In this document: positions 1 to 38,480 of the stretch, piece by piece
How the letters are laid out: each line of letters opens with the position of its first letter
Position numbering within the stretch: position 1 is the first letter of the stretch
Assembly: GCA_012295275.1 (NCBI GenBank)
Contig: CM022679.1
Span: 7,440,001 to 7,504,000, forward strand
Direction: 5' to 3'
Source: Chrysomallon squamiferum
Taxonomy: Eukaryota > Animalia > Mollusca
Length of the DNA: 64,000 nucleotides
The notes under the pieces: model-generated
Told to the model about the DNA's origin: nothing
What the model saw: only the letters and a program-made list of their open reading frames with translations
Databases searched by the model: none
Program-made: the position numbers and the translations under genes

Positions 1-1243
1 TTTCTTTTTTTTTTTTCGTTCCTTTGCTCTCCTTTCTTCTCTTTTCTATTCTTTATCTACATATATACTTCCCTATAACGATAATTAATGTCCCTTTACT
101 TCATAACACCAAATTTATTTAATTTAATATTGACAAACATAGATTTAAAAAAAAAAAACCCGAAATAAAGTTAAGTTTTTTTTAGGGAGCATTGGTGGGA
201 GTGTTTGCTGATATTTTACTTTTTCTTCATGCTCCATTTCTAGGACGCTTCATTCCTTCTTCACTTTCTTTATCTTTCATCTCTGCTTATCATTACGACA
301 TTATTCTTTCTGAACCGTTATCTTAACTCATTACATACGTAAGTACACAACGGTGAATCTTAACCAAACTTACATAAGCGTCAGTCCAAAGAGTACCAGC
401 GTTAGACAGAATTTTGTATCAGTTTAAAGTGTGAGTCTTTAATCACCAGGAGTCACATTAAAAGCTGTTTTCTAAGAAACTTTTTTGTTAAATATTGCTT
501 AAATTACATAACTAGTGTGTAATAAATAGTTGAAATATTCGCGCACAGACGATTAATGGAAGTCTTAGAAGGAGAAACTCTTAATAAATCTCTCGCAATC
601 TTCCGGGACGTCATCATTCACGAGATTAGGAACCGTGTAAATCACACCATTATCTCAAAACGAAATTCTAATGCTTCTTCTAACAAACGACAATAACGGC
701 GAATTTCCATAGTTAAAAGGACGTATTCATGCATTTAATTGTATTTTCCTGTTACAATGGTGCCCATCGTTCAAAGTCATCTCCCTTTGAGCCGTCTTTA
801 ATCGAGAAGACCTACATCAACACAAGACTTATGAACAAGACTTGAAGGCATATGGAAGTCTTTTTTGTGCGATTATTTATAAAGACATTGACCATTTAAG
901 ATTTAATTTTGTTCAGAAACTGTTCGAAAATAATTAAAAGTCTGGACAAAAAATCTAATTACTAATTATTTTCGATTCAAAAACCTTTTCTTTTGTAATA
1001 TATGTTTATCAGAGTTTCAGAATTCTGAAGTTCATGCATCGATCCGGTTTTGAACAGCGAGACTTCTAACCTTCGCGTCTGAGATGAATCAGTTTGACAG
1101 ACTTTTAGGACTATTTGATCTTCAAATTTTATTTTCATTTTCATTAACGGTTTAATATTCAGATTTATTAACGAAGCCATAGTGCAAAAAAATATTCTTA
1201 TCTCTATTCTACAAAGACTTTCTTCTTGGCCAATATTGTTTTT

Positions 1244-1278
<35 letters not shown>

Positions 1279-1515
1279 TCTGTCGTTTTCTGACCTGAAA
1301 GGACAAAAAGTCGGGAATACTTATTTTTATAAAATATACTGAACATCACAGATGCGAAAGAAAACAAAGAAGGAAAAATAGCATGATAGCATTCATGTAA
1401 AAATAAAGAAAGAAAGAAAGAAAAGATGAATGATGAAAAAAAGAAGGAAAGAAAATATTAACATCGGTTCAGACACTGGAAAGATTTATTTTTAGAGTCA
1501 GATGATATAGAAACA

Positions 1516-1710
1516 GATCATGTATGTAAAAGTTACGTTCAGTTACAGAACATGTGTTTAAAAGTTACGTTCAGTTACAGGACATGTGTGTAAAAGTTAC
1601 GTTCAGTTACAGATCATGTGTGTAAAAGTTACGTTCAGTTACAGAAGATGTGTGTAAAAGTTACATTCAGTTGCAGAAAGTGTGTAAAAGTTACGTTCAG
1701 TTTTAGAACA
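1516..1710. repeat. 32-bp minisatellite, 6 copies
   Basis: Unit aaaagttacgttcagttacag-(a/g)a/tcatgtgtgt starts at 1528, 1560, 1592, 1624, 1656, 1686. Confidence 0.92.
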
Positions 1711-2156
1711 GTGACTGCGGTGTTGTTTAACCTCATCAATTAACTTTAAGTAGCATCCGATAACACGGCGTGGTTTAAGTGCTTACGACTCTTATGTCTG
1801 GTGTTTATCTATCGAGCTACGAGAATGGAAAGTGAAACAAGCAATATGAGTATTGATCTAACGATTCGATTCAGTGGCTGATTCGCTTTACTCCACACTG
1901 TGGCCTCCCCGCCTCCCGATTTTGATTTTCCCGGCTACAAACTGAATTCAAAACACAGCCGAGTTTATTTTATAGACGTTTGTTATTGCTGCTTTCCTCA
2001 GGGAAAATGCTGAATGAAGCGTGTAGTTTCTGTGTTACTTTATCGCTAATCGAACACATTCCAAAGCAAAATAACAGAAGTGTTATAACTCACAGTAGTC
2101 CAACATTTCTGTTTTTACTTGCTACTTTCCTTTCTTTTTAAATGAAAAATAATAAT

Positions 2157-2412
<256 letters not shown>

Positions 2413-5327
2413 GTCTGTCTGTCTGTCTGTGTCGCTCTCGTCTGTGTTTCGGACAAGAAGATACAAAAGAACTGCTCACTAAAAATGTGCACATACTACA
2501 CTTTATCTTACAACATGTTTCCCGTTGTTTGTTATTCTAAATATTCGTCAGTCAAAGCCTTTTCTGTTTCCAAAACATTTCAACGGACACTACTACCTAC
2601 AACGTATTTAAGACAAAAAACATTTCAATCGAGTTCTAGACAAACAATGGTCTGAGCAATATTGAAAATTGTAATCTCGAAAAACCTTTTAAGTTCTTGT
2701 CACAAAGTTTGGTTTTCTTCCAAAAACATTTAACAAAACTGACAGAAATGCATCTCTTTGTCTGAATTCAATTATAGGTTTTTATCACACACAATTTAAG
2801 TAAATAGCTTACACAAGTACGTTTGTCTCGACTTCCGCAAGAATGTTAAAACATTTTATAATCGTTTCACACTACGAAAATTATTATTATTTTTTTTTTT
2901 TCATAACCAAATTTAAGAAATTTTGAGACATTAAAAAAAAAAAAAAAAAACATTTAAAAAAACAACAACAAAAAAACATCGAAACCTATAAAATTAAATA
3001 ATACATTTCGAGAACAATATTAAAAAAAAAAACATTTTCGATCGTTATTTTTACATTAAAGCAAATTAACAATATTGGAGATCACGTTTAATTAACCTCT
3101 ACATTGTGTCGAAAGATATAACGTCTATATGCACAACATCATAATAACATTTCACCTTGCTTTATTACCAGTGATTAATAAACTTTCTAATAAACTAAGC
3201 CTTATATAACGAACTACCACACAGAAAACCTTTTCTGTCCCGATCAATCCAAATTAATAATAAACACCTGGCTGACTTTTATAGGAGAATAATGAAACTA
3301 TTGTGTCATTTTTTTTTAAAACGTAATATTAATATTACACAAGTGTCCACAATATCAAGCTTCGGCAGCAGTGTGAGAAAAGAATCGGTTGTTTTGTTTA
3401 CATTGTGGATTTTTAAAACGCACGTTGTTCTGTCCGCGGTGAGTGTAAAGTCTTTGTAACATAAAAATATATATTTAAAAAGAAAGGAAAATAACAACAT
3501 TGTGAAATAAGTCGAAAGATATTTAATACTGGTAAATATAGTATAAAAGAACAGAAAATGTTCTCCTTTTTATCTGTTTATCTGTATGTCTACGTGTTCC
3601 TATGTTTCTGCATGTCTGTATCTTTGTCTATCTGTCTAAGATCTAGAGATCTACTCATCCGGCTGGCTAAATATCTGAAACATAAATATAAATAACAGAA
3701 CAAAAGAATAATAACACTAAGAAGTACTACTTACATACACAAATACATACACACATACATGCATACATGCATACATGCATACATACATACATACAGACAG
3801 ACAGACATACATACACATACATATATACATATATACATACATACGTAGACACACACATACATACATACATACATACAGGCACACATGCATTTATGCATAC
3901 ATATACGTATACACAAACACACATACACACATTCGCAGACATATTCCTGCCACACGTACTTTTAACACTTCTTAAGGTTATCTGTCTTCGGGCGATGGAT
4001 GTGACAAACTGTGATATCTCCTGGAAACCTTTAACCCAGATAACTGAGATAATGCACACAAAGTAGTCGTAATCTCGCTGCTTGAGTCTGTAAAAGCAAT
4101 GACTTTTTCTTTGGCTTAAGATGCACAAATATCCTGGTTATTTTTAGTTACGTCACCAATATTTCAGCTTTGCAGCGAAATTAAGTTTTCGTTTCGTGTG
4201 TTTTACGATTAAATATATTAACCCACTTAGTAAATGTTAAGAAAATCTGAGAACTTTATTTCGGTGAAAGTATTAACTTAGTAACCGATAATCTATTTAA
4301 TGTTATAGAATTATTGTATGGCAAATGGTAAACAACAACAGACATATAATAACAAAAAATAGACTTATAAATCAGACCTAATTGCAAAAAAATAAACATA
4401 TACAAAAACACGTATTTATGTATGGCTGCATGCATGCGTGAATGTGTGTATGTATGTATGCGTATGTGTATGTATGGTTGTATAGTTTGTATGTATGTGT
4501 GTATGTATATCTGTCTATATGTATGTATGATGTGTCTGTGTGTCTATATGTATATTTGTATGTACGTATACGTATGTATCTACGTAATTCAGCCCTACTT
4601 GTCTGTGTATGTATCTATTCATAATACAAAAACCTAAATCCTTTGACCTAAAAAAACAAATGTCAATAATATTTTTTTTCAGAGGATCACCAGATAATGA
4701 CAGTATTTAGAAACTACTGGGCTATCTTTAATTAACAGATATAAAACTGGGAAATGCGGGCAGCAGATGTTGTAATAAAGCTGATGAAACAGATGTTAAC
4801 ACGCTACCATTTCATAATTATCAGAATTCACTCACCTATGTCCACTTAACACTTTTTTCTTAGATACAACAGACACATGTTAATAATGACCTGAACAACA
4901 AACAAACAAACAAAAAATTATACTTCTACGAAAAAAAAAACCATCAGGTTTTATAAGGCTTTAAAAACTGAGGCTTCAGTAACCACAGTGTAAGAATGAA
5001 TGAAATGAATTCGTAAAGATATCTCACAACATTTTAATGTTTAGGCTTCAGTGGTTGGAGCTCCGAATGGCTCTATACCGTTCTAACCCGAGATCGTGAC
5101 ACGATGTATTAATTCATAACACGTCACAAGCTGATCGAGGAGGTAGAGAAAGCAATTTATCTTATCTTTCGTGACACCTCATCTCACCTGTGTCAGTGCT
5201 AATTAGGTGTGTAACACATGTCTGGATAATGACTTGTGTGAGAGCAGAAAACCGTTTACCATCATGAAGTTTTAAAAAACCTTTTTTTTAACTTACTGTT
5301 TTCAATTAATCGTTATTAGCTGAACAT

Positions 5328-5404
<77 letters not shown>

Positions 5405-6504
5405 AAATATATGTTAAAAATGTATATATGTGTGATTGTTTGATAATGATAAAATAAGAGCGGAATCCTTCTACTGTATCCTAAATATTTATTGTTATTC
5501 TTTTACTAACAGTTCGCGTGGCATGGGCTGTAATGTGTATCTGCATCATTGAAAATATCGTAAAACACTATATATTATATATATTTAATGATAAAAACAT
5601 TCATTCCAATATAATATTAATAAACCATAACCATAATATAGAAATATAAATACATTTTGATCACTCAGGTTTATAGACTAAAAAGTTGATTATCTTTTAT
5701 ATGTCACCCTGGTTTCATGGGTCACACAGTGGCATAAATACGTACTTTTGTATATTACGATTAACTGATGGCCTAAATACATTTAATTTTTTAATTATTT
5801 GTTAATAATATGGAGTTACTGTAAGTTTGACAAGTTTATGACTGTTATCATTTCGTAAACAAAACATATAAATATATATAGTACTAAATATTGGATTTCT
5901 GAATATTTTACTGTCATTTTTAATAGTTAGGATATACTGAAAAATAAAGCAATGCTAGGAAATGAATAGGTTGAATTCAGTTGACGTTTTCATATCTCTA
6001 AATATACTACAGAAATATCTGACAAATAAAATTCTATTTTGTGTTTAATTTAAAACAAATATAAAACAAATATTTATTAGATCCATTTCAGTGCCGAAAT
6101 AATAAGACATATCTTGTGCGTAGATTTTTAACAAAGTATAGCAGTAGATTTAATACGTTTACGTCTAACAATTTTATATTTTTTTAGTATTAAAAAAAAA
6201 AGATTATTGCAGTAATATTTTTGGATTATACCAACTATATATTTGTAAACTATTAAACGAACAGTGTGGAAAATTAAACAGTTTCAGACTGTTTTTAAAG
6301 TAGAAAAAAATTAAAGATCAGAAAGAAGATTAGTCTATTAGGATACCAATAATCATAAACACATTTTCAAATACTTTCTAACTTTATACACATGTACACA
6401 CACATACTTACGCACACACATATATCTGCACACACCACAGACATCTCTGACATTAGTTTTGTGTTTTTGACATGGCTAATTAATCAATCGATCTTTCATT
6501 GCAG

Positions 6505-6708
6505 GCATAAGAAAAACGTCACACAACGGAAGGAAATCTTGCTGTGACTATGGAACATTTCCGTTGACGAGCGAGGCACTGGAAATTAGGTTTTACCTGA
6601 AGCAATATCTCTATTCAGAATCTCGCCGACATTACACGTTTACTGCGTGTTTCACAAACTGCTAGACTTCGTCTGAGCTGAGAAATAAATAAAAAAAAAA
6701 AGTCTACG
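6505..6708 (+). promoter_or_regulatory. Probable spliced 5'UTR part of GPCR coding exon 1, with a 5-codon uORF (6550-6567)
   Basis: Acceptor-like tctttcattgcAG ends at 6504, 204 nt before the ATG. ATG GAA CAT TTC CGT TGA lies at 6550-6567. Confidence 0.45.
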
Positions 6709-30973
<24,265 letters not shown>

Positions 30974-31694
30974 TCTGACCCACATTGAGGTTCTGAGCAG
31001 CTCAAAAACCGCAACATTTTTTTTTTTTTTTTTTTGAATTCTTGTGGAAAGCCGACCTTTCCATTTTGAGTCGGAGATCAAAAGGAGTGTGTCTGAGGTT
31101 GTTTGTTTTTTCTGTCTGATGGTCCAAAAAATTCATCAACGGAGAATACAAAGTCTGTTACAGGTTGAAGAATATGAAGCGCGTTTGAAAATGTATACAA
31201 AAGCCGTCCTGTCAAATACATGTCACCTTGAGAACAACGGCTAAATCACAACAGACAGATGATGTTACCAGAAGCGGTGGTTTTACTTAACACAGTGTCG
31301 CAGCATGCGAAGACTTGATGTTTATAGAGAAAGTTCACAGATAATGTATTTATGTTTTCCTTTGTATAACCGTTTCCAGTGTGAAGATAGTGTTTGTGAC
31401 CGTTTCGATCTCCGCAGTGGACTGAATATTAAATAACTTAAAAACTTATATTGTACTGTAAAATGACATGTCTGAAACTGAAACTGACAAGATCAAGAAA
31501 AAATTAAACTTTCAGTAATTCTTGTGCACAGAAACCAGCAAAATTCCTCTTAAGAGATGTTTGTATTTTACCTTAAGTATTTTGGTTATTGTACATATTT
31601 TTATGTTGTGTAAATATCCATAAATCTATTGCTAACAGCGGTAGATTTAGAACGCATTCAAAAGTAAAGAATTGTAAAAAAAAAATAAAAATGC

Positions 31695-31799
<105 letters not shown>

Positions 31800-32937
31800 A
31801 GTCTGATCGTACATTCTCTATTTCTTGCCAGTACAAATGTCTGTCAATAATGTCTGGTGAATCTGTAAATAATTTCTTCGAATCATTATCAAAAACACCA
31901 GCAGCAGTGGTAACAACAACAACAACAACAGTTATAATAGTAATATAGGAATGTCATCTAAATGCTTGACTTTAGTACGCAGTCAAGCATTTGTGTCAGT
32001 CCATTGTTTTTCACGTGCCATCAATTAACCACATTCCAAATCTCAGAGCTTTTTCAATAATAAATCAAAATCAAGAGACTTAAATTATAGGAAAGCAAAT
32101 TATCTTTAAAAGATACATCTACTAAATCTAAAATTCATATAATTTTTTTCAACCAAACTATTTATAAAAAGTTACAGATAAAAACAGACTAAAGAATGAG
32201 AAAGTAATGCTAGATTTATTTTACACTAACAGGCTACTTACAAATAAAACACAGTTTCATATATTTTACGTATTATTTAAGTTTGTAACCCTGTTGTTAT
32301 CACTTAACAATGTGTTCATTTTAGAATTATACTCGATAGTATATCACAGAACATTATAATATGAAATATATTATATGCAGATCCATACATCATGAATTCT
32401 TTTGAAATTTTAAACACATATACTTTGATCTGTTATAATTAACGTAATTTAAATATTAAATGAAATTCATCAATTTACCAACAGAACAAAACTCATTTGA
32501 CGTTTAGAAACGTCAGTTACGTCCGCAAGTTTGAAGAGCAGTTTAAATACCAAGCATTTATTATCTCCCATTACAAGAACTCTTTTCGAAATAATATCAG
32601 CATTGTCAGAGGTAATGAAACCTAGGATCTTCTTCGTATATTTGTTTTGCTGATGTTTTTGTTGTTCTTTGTCAACCTGTCTACAATGTTATGCATTGTG
32701 TCGTGTTATAAAAGTATATCCTAAATCATAATGTAAAATAAAAGTGGAGTACCAAGTTTTCAGTTCGTGTTGTCATTAATAAATGTATATTTTTAATTGT
32801 TTATTAAGTATCCTTAGCTTTTCATGTTATTTTTTTTATCTTTTCATGAAATTTATTTGTAGGCCATTATTATTTGGCACAAAAAAATACATTTATCTTA
32901 CAGAACTGTATCTGACCAAGACTTTTACATAGCTGCA

Positions 32938-33058
32938 TTTTTCTTTCATTTTAAAAACCTGTACGAATGCACAAATATGTCTGTCTGTCTATCAGTCTAT
33001 CTTTCTTTCATGTTAAAAACCTTTACGAATGCACAAATATGTCTGTCTGTCTCTCTCT
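32938..33058. repeat. Two-copy tandem repeat (~62-bp period)
   Basis: tttctttcat.ttaaaaacct.tacgaatgcacaaatatgtctgtctgtct occurs twice. Confidence 0.8.
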
Positions 33059-33830
33059 CTATAAATCTATCTATCTTCCAATCCAAGTCTATCTGTCTGT
33101 CTATTTATACACCTCTCTATCCATTTCTTTCGCTCTGTTTTACTCTCTTCCTCTCTCTCTTTCTCTCCTTTTTTTATTTATCTTCCGCTCTCCGAATTAA
33201 GAGCCAATGAAAGAGAACTTAATATCGGGTGATTTACGACAACCCTAATTTCGTAATGTCACATAAAATCCATTAGTTCTTCCACTCAGCGGTCTCGAAC
33301 AAAAAGCAGTCTGAAACTATCGGAACACTGAAGAAAGTCAGCACATTCTAAACGTCCTGTGAGGCATTGTGAATCCTACCACAGCTTCTGCTGATTGCTT
33401 TAAGCTTGTGTGACAATAAAATGATCAAGGACTCCATAAATAAAACCAAATGGCGTAAAACCCTTTGAAGTAATTTAATATCATTATATCACACAACGTT
33501 CTATTAGAAAAAAAAAAAAAAAATAAAAAGTATTTCGAATAAAATCAATTAAGAAGAAATTATAACTTTTTGTTAGTCGTTTCGAAACGAGTATAAGTTG
33601 AAAGCAAGAGGTAGAATCATATACTTCTTCAGATAGTATATAGACACACACATGTACGTACGTTCATAGTATACAAAAATCATAAGCTCATTCAAACAGG
33701 GAGTCAGAGAGAGAGAGAGAGAGAGACAGCAGACGGAGAGTACTGTGAGATAAATGGTAACCAAATGAACTTTTGCAAACTTTATTAATTCAAATTTCAC
33801 ATTATAATAGTATTATAACAATATTCTTTT

Positions 33831-33985
33831 AAAAAATCTGATTCAACGGTTAGACTGCAATATGAAAAAAATCTGGCTGGATTAATTCCTATTTCCAGTT
33901 AGTTCAAACCACTCAGTGGGAAGGTTTGCATGTGAAAGAACTTACTGCTAATAGATAACAGTAGGCCCATACATTATCTTTCTTT
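33831..33985 (+). repeat. Interspersed repeat copy 2 (same orientation as 2157-2302)
   Basis: Collinear match to 2157-2302 with scattered substitutions. Confidence 0.85.
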
Positions 33986-34459
33986 GTATGTGTGCATAGC
34001 ACACTTCTTTACATTTAGAATGATGTCGATGGCGTATTAAAATGTTGATGGACATATAAAATTAGTTCACAGCCTTTATTAAAAAAAAAAAAAAACATGA
34101 AAATATATATCATTATCAGACAGTCCGTATCTTTTATTTATTTCTGTAGTATTCTAGTATCTGGCTTGTGTTTATAGGTTTAACAAGGGAAACTGCTCTG
34201 AGCATCTCTAATTATGCAGTGAAGACACAGTTACGGTTCCTGTAACGTACACGATAAAGGGATATATATGCGATAAAAAAAAAAAACACATCAACGTAAC
34301 TTTCAGACATTTTATTACTTATAAATGTCGTCGATGTTATTTCGACAGACGTGCAAGAAAATTATCTGAAAATTATATATTTTGGTAATTAGGAAAGAAA
34401 GGATAAGAATGGCTGAATATCATTAGCGAAATATTTCGCATGTAAAGGCAAATCTGCGT

Positions 34460-36279
34460 TTATTTCTGTGGGTTCCTTCGGAATTTCAGTTTGTAGGTGA
34501 TATCTGGGTAGGTTTCAGGACAGCAAGAGTATTTCGTTTCCTCTCGTTTTACTTCAGTGTTCTCGAGAGACCAGTTTGGATGTTCTGCGTAGAACGACAT
34601 GTCCACTGTAGTCTCGAAAGGGAAAAGCTGAAGCTGTAGTTGCTGACCGTTATACACCCATGACCCAAATCTCATCTCACAAGTGATGATGTCCTCGTCG
34701 GTGCTGTTAACAGAGCAGTACGTTCTATACCTGACTGGCTCAATGAGCAAGATGTCGCCGTTGTTATATGCGATTGACTTAGCATCTTCTAGACGAACTC
34801 TTTCTGATAAAAAGCTGCATAAAAATAAATAAATTGAAGTAAAAGTATTTTTGCAAATTAAGGATATTCAAATATATATAAATGAAATGTTTTTAAGTTT
34901 ATGTTTTATTTTATTGTATTTTATTAATTATTAGTAGTAGTAGTACTTTTTTTTTTTTTTTTCGTTCTTTTTCTTTTTTGCTGATGAATATCTGTTATTT
35001 ATAAAATGATAAAATTAAAGTTAATTACATCAGAGTCGACTTCTTCTGTTCACGTTTTGCCTTGAAAACTAGTTCTACAAAACTGGACAGGACCTTTAAC
35101 TAATGTAATTTCTACAAACTCAAAAATTCCCGTTATAACCCGTCTATCACAGACATTGGTATGATTCGTTTCGAAAGCCTCATACAGTTTATTTCCTTAC
35201 AATTAACTGTTTTGATGGAAAACAACATAATTATTCGCTTCTCGCTCGTTTATGATATACCTGCCATATAAATGTATATCTGGTTTCTAGATAAGATCTC
35301 TGGACACAGGTACCTCATCAACATCATAGTCTGACTTGGACCAAGAACAGTGCATATCCTTCCAATTCATTTGAATCCAAACCAGAATATCAATGTACAT
35401 ATTTTCTGTGTTCTAGAAAAAAAAAAAAAAATAATAAAATAAAACATGGATATTTTCAGCAGAAATAATTTTCCAGTGAGTGCCACATGGACAGGCTGAG
35501 AGAGTGTGCGTGAGGAAAATAAAATTTAAATTTATTATCTTTAGGTGCAGTTTTAATATGTATATATATATATATTACATATCTGGTGGTGGACACCATT
35601 ATTTATATTTTACAAATTCACAGTTCGATTATAGATCTTGCTTTGTGACATTCTATAACACAAACAATGGTGTGAGTGTACTTGTTTACATGTACGTGTA
35701 TATAAAATATCACTTTCCGCTAACTGCTTACTGATTATCACAGCCTCTTGACTGTATAATGATCTTCACACAGGAAATATCCAATTTATGCTTAAGTGTA
35801 TTATAATGCTCGTTCATCGCAATATGAATGAAGTGGAAACAAATAAAACAATGCACCTCATACTAATTCTACTGACATCACGTGTAATATCACATTACAT
35901 GAAAACGTACTTAAAAAGAGCTGTTCAAAAGACATGAAACATTCGAATTAAAAAACAAATTTCTAAAAAAAAGACGGAGTAATGCTCATATATCTATATC
36001 AGTATATCTGTCTATCTTCCTGTCTGTCTGTCCATTTATCCATCCATCTAGATAGATAAATAGATAGCTATACAAACCCATTCAGATGTGTGTGTATACA
36101 CACATATCTATATCTATATCTAAACATATATATATATATACTTACCATGTCATAAACACGTACAGGCTTCATTGAGAACTCAACTTTGACTGGAGTACTC
36201 ATATTTGGCATTGGTATAGTCGGATAATGAAATTCAGAGACAAGTTTTGAAAACAACCTTTCGTAAACATTTCCATTCA
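34460..36279 (-). pseudogene. AChBP-like copy A: soluble Cys-loop ligand-binding domain with premature stop and altered acceptor (probable pseudogene or null allele)
   Basis: Exons 36279-36146, 35412-35261 (152 nt), 34814-34460 match paralog sizes and phases. Protein contains PTIPM, VWIQMNWKD, LI*KPDIHLY, C-x11-C, FGSWVYNG, YSCCPETY and ends FRRNPQK*. TAG at 35289-35287 replaces the WxPD Trp. The expected acceptor AG at 36281-36280 reads GG. Signal-peptide exon not identified with confidence. Confidence 0.8.
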
Positions 36280-37343
36280 CCGTAAAGTTAAAAAGATACT
36301 TCATGAAATAAACTTTGTTAGAGATATATATTAATAGGATATATTTAGTTGTTTATATGTAGCTAATTTTTCTTGAAGGCCTTTAACCATTTTTTTGTGG
36401 ATGAATATAATCTGCATAAGATTTCAAAGTGCATATTTGATAGTTTGAACGAATATTCTGTATTCTAGTCATTTCAGTTTTATTGTTTTTATTGTCTCAA
36501 GCGTCCAATCCTTGTTCATAATAACACTTTAAAATATAAGATGCATGCTAAAAATATAAGAAAAAAATGAAAGGACGCACACACACATACTACTGGCGAC
36601 ACGATAAACAAACTGATGGAATTACACAAAATCCTACGATATTCACACTTTAAAGTTAATTTTTAAAGACCTGTCTGTGCTATTAGATTTTCATTTTAAA
36701 ATAATATGAAAAACTTACCCATTTTCTTCTATATCTGCAGTCGTAACCCGAAATCGCTGATTTCGTTGATTCTGACTTACTTGTATATATAGTCCTTTGT
36801 CCACATGTGATGATTTGAAAATTACCTAATTTATCAGAAGAGTCACACATTATGTATTCATTTTGACAAAAAGGTGTAATTAATTTTTTTATATTAACAA
36901 CAGACAACTGAGGTAAAATGTCACTAGAGAATTTAATTATGGTCATCAGAGCGTAAATGATATTTAATGTTTTATACAACGACAATTTGAATATTAAATT
37001 AAAATAATCTTGTTCATTGTTAATTTAAAAAAAATGAAAAAGACATTGCCACACATTCAGATAACCCCAGTGATGTAAGTTACAATTTTGTGCGATAGAA
37101 TACAATAAAAATGCAACTCTGGGTTGACTAGTAATATTTTTACTTAGTTTAATCAGATTTAGAAAAAAAAAATTTGATAATGCAGACACCTTTTCATTAT
37201 ACACTGAACTTAATTATTGTCATTACCTGTTTATATCTGGCTAGTATATTATGAAAATAGAAGCTACTAGACAAACTACGCTATTACTATTATTACTATT
37301 ACTACTACTACTACTACTACTACTACTATTAATAATAATAATA

Positions 37344-37375
<32 letters not shown>

Positions 37376-38480
37376 AATAATAATAATCATAATAATATTT
37401 AATTAAGTAAGAAGAACAAAAAAATCATTCGAATCGTAACATGCAGGATAAAATCATAATGATCAGTATTTAGCATTGTTTACTATGGTTCATACAGGGT
37501 TTTTTTCTCAAATCTCAGAAAGTTGGAACTCACTGTGGCCAGTGAAAAAACACCGAATGCGCAAACAATCAGCACTCGCAACAAATCGTCAAGTTTCTGT
37601 TTGAGAAGACATAAGAACAGTTGTGTCCCATAATGTTTCAGTAGCCTTGGAGACTATTTAATTTTATTCGCACGCTAAGTAAACTAAATATATTTGTCAC
37701 TGATTATACAACTCGCCCAATGAGAACTAAAACTGTAAGTGAAATTTTATTAACAACTAAGACTGAAAATAAAATGACAAGAATAACTAGAAGTAGACAT
37801 TTATATGACGTCATTTCATAAATAGAAATGTAAAACTCTCATTTTTCTTTTTGTGTTTCATTTATTTATTTACAATAACAGTAGGAATAGTAGCAATAGT
37901 GGTGGTAATACCAGTAGCAGTACTATATTAGTAGTTGTAGTAGAAGTAGTTGAAGTAATAACAGTATTAACAGTGGTAGAAACAGAAATAGAAACAGCAG
38001 TAGTTGTATTAATAATACTGGTAGTTGTTACAGTGGTAGAAGTAATAGCTGAGTAGAAGCAGTTGTAGTAGTAGTAGTAGAATAGTAATAGAAGTAGTAA
38101 AAAGTAGTATCAGTAGTAGTACTAATAGTAGCAGCAGTAGTAGCGGCAACAGCAGCAGTAATGGAAGAGGTAGCAGTAAAAATAATAAATAGTGATAATG
38201 CTTATGATGATGAAGACAAATACAACAAACACAAACTGTAACAACCAAAACAACAACTTATTACAGACAGTTCATTTTATTTTACGTGAAGTGCTTTGTT
38301 TACAAATTCTTAATCTACTACCGTAGTGTAATTCAGCTTACTAGCAAAATAATAATAAATACTTGTTTCCTGTGACAGTACTGGAAGCAGGAAACATGTG
38401 ATACCTTATCATAAAGATCATATTTTATATTTTACACTGTACACTGTACAACGACACACGAATTCTGTTCTTGATACCAA

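Noticed and set aside
977-1306. 109-aa minus-strand ORF
   Set aside because: Begins with a non-ATG codon, its poly-Lys comes from a T homopolymer, and no domain is recognisable.
1516-1710. CRISPR-like regular repeats
   Set aside because: No unique spacers, no cas genes, eukaryotic context; it is a plain minisatellite. The same applies to 10840-11085.
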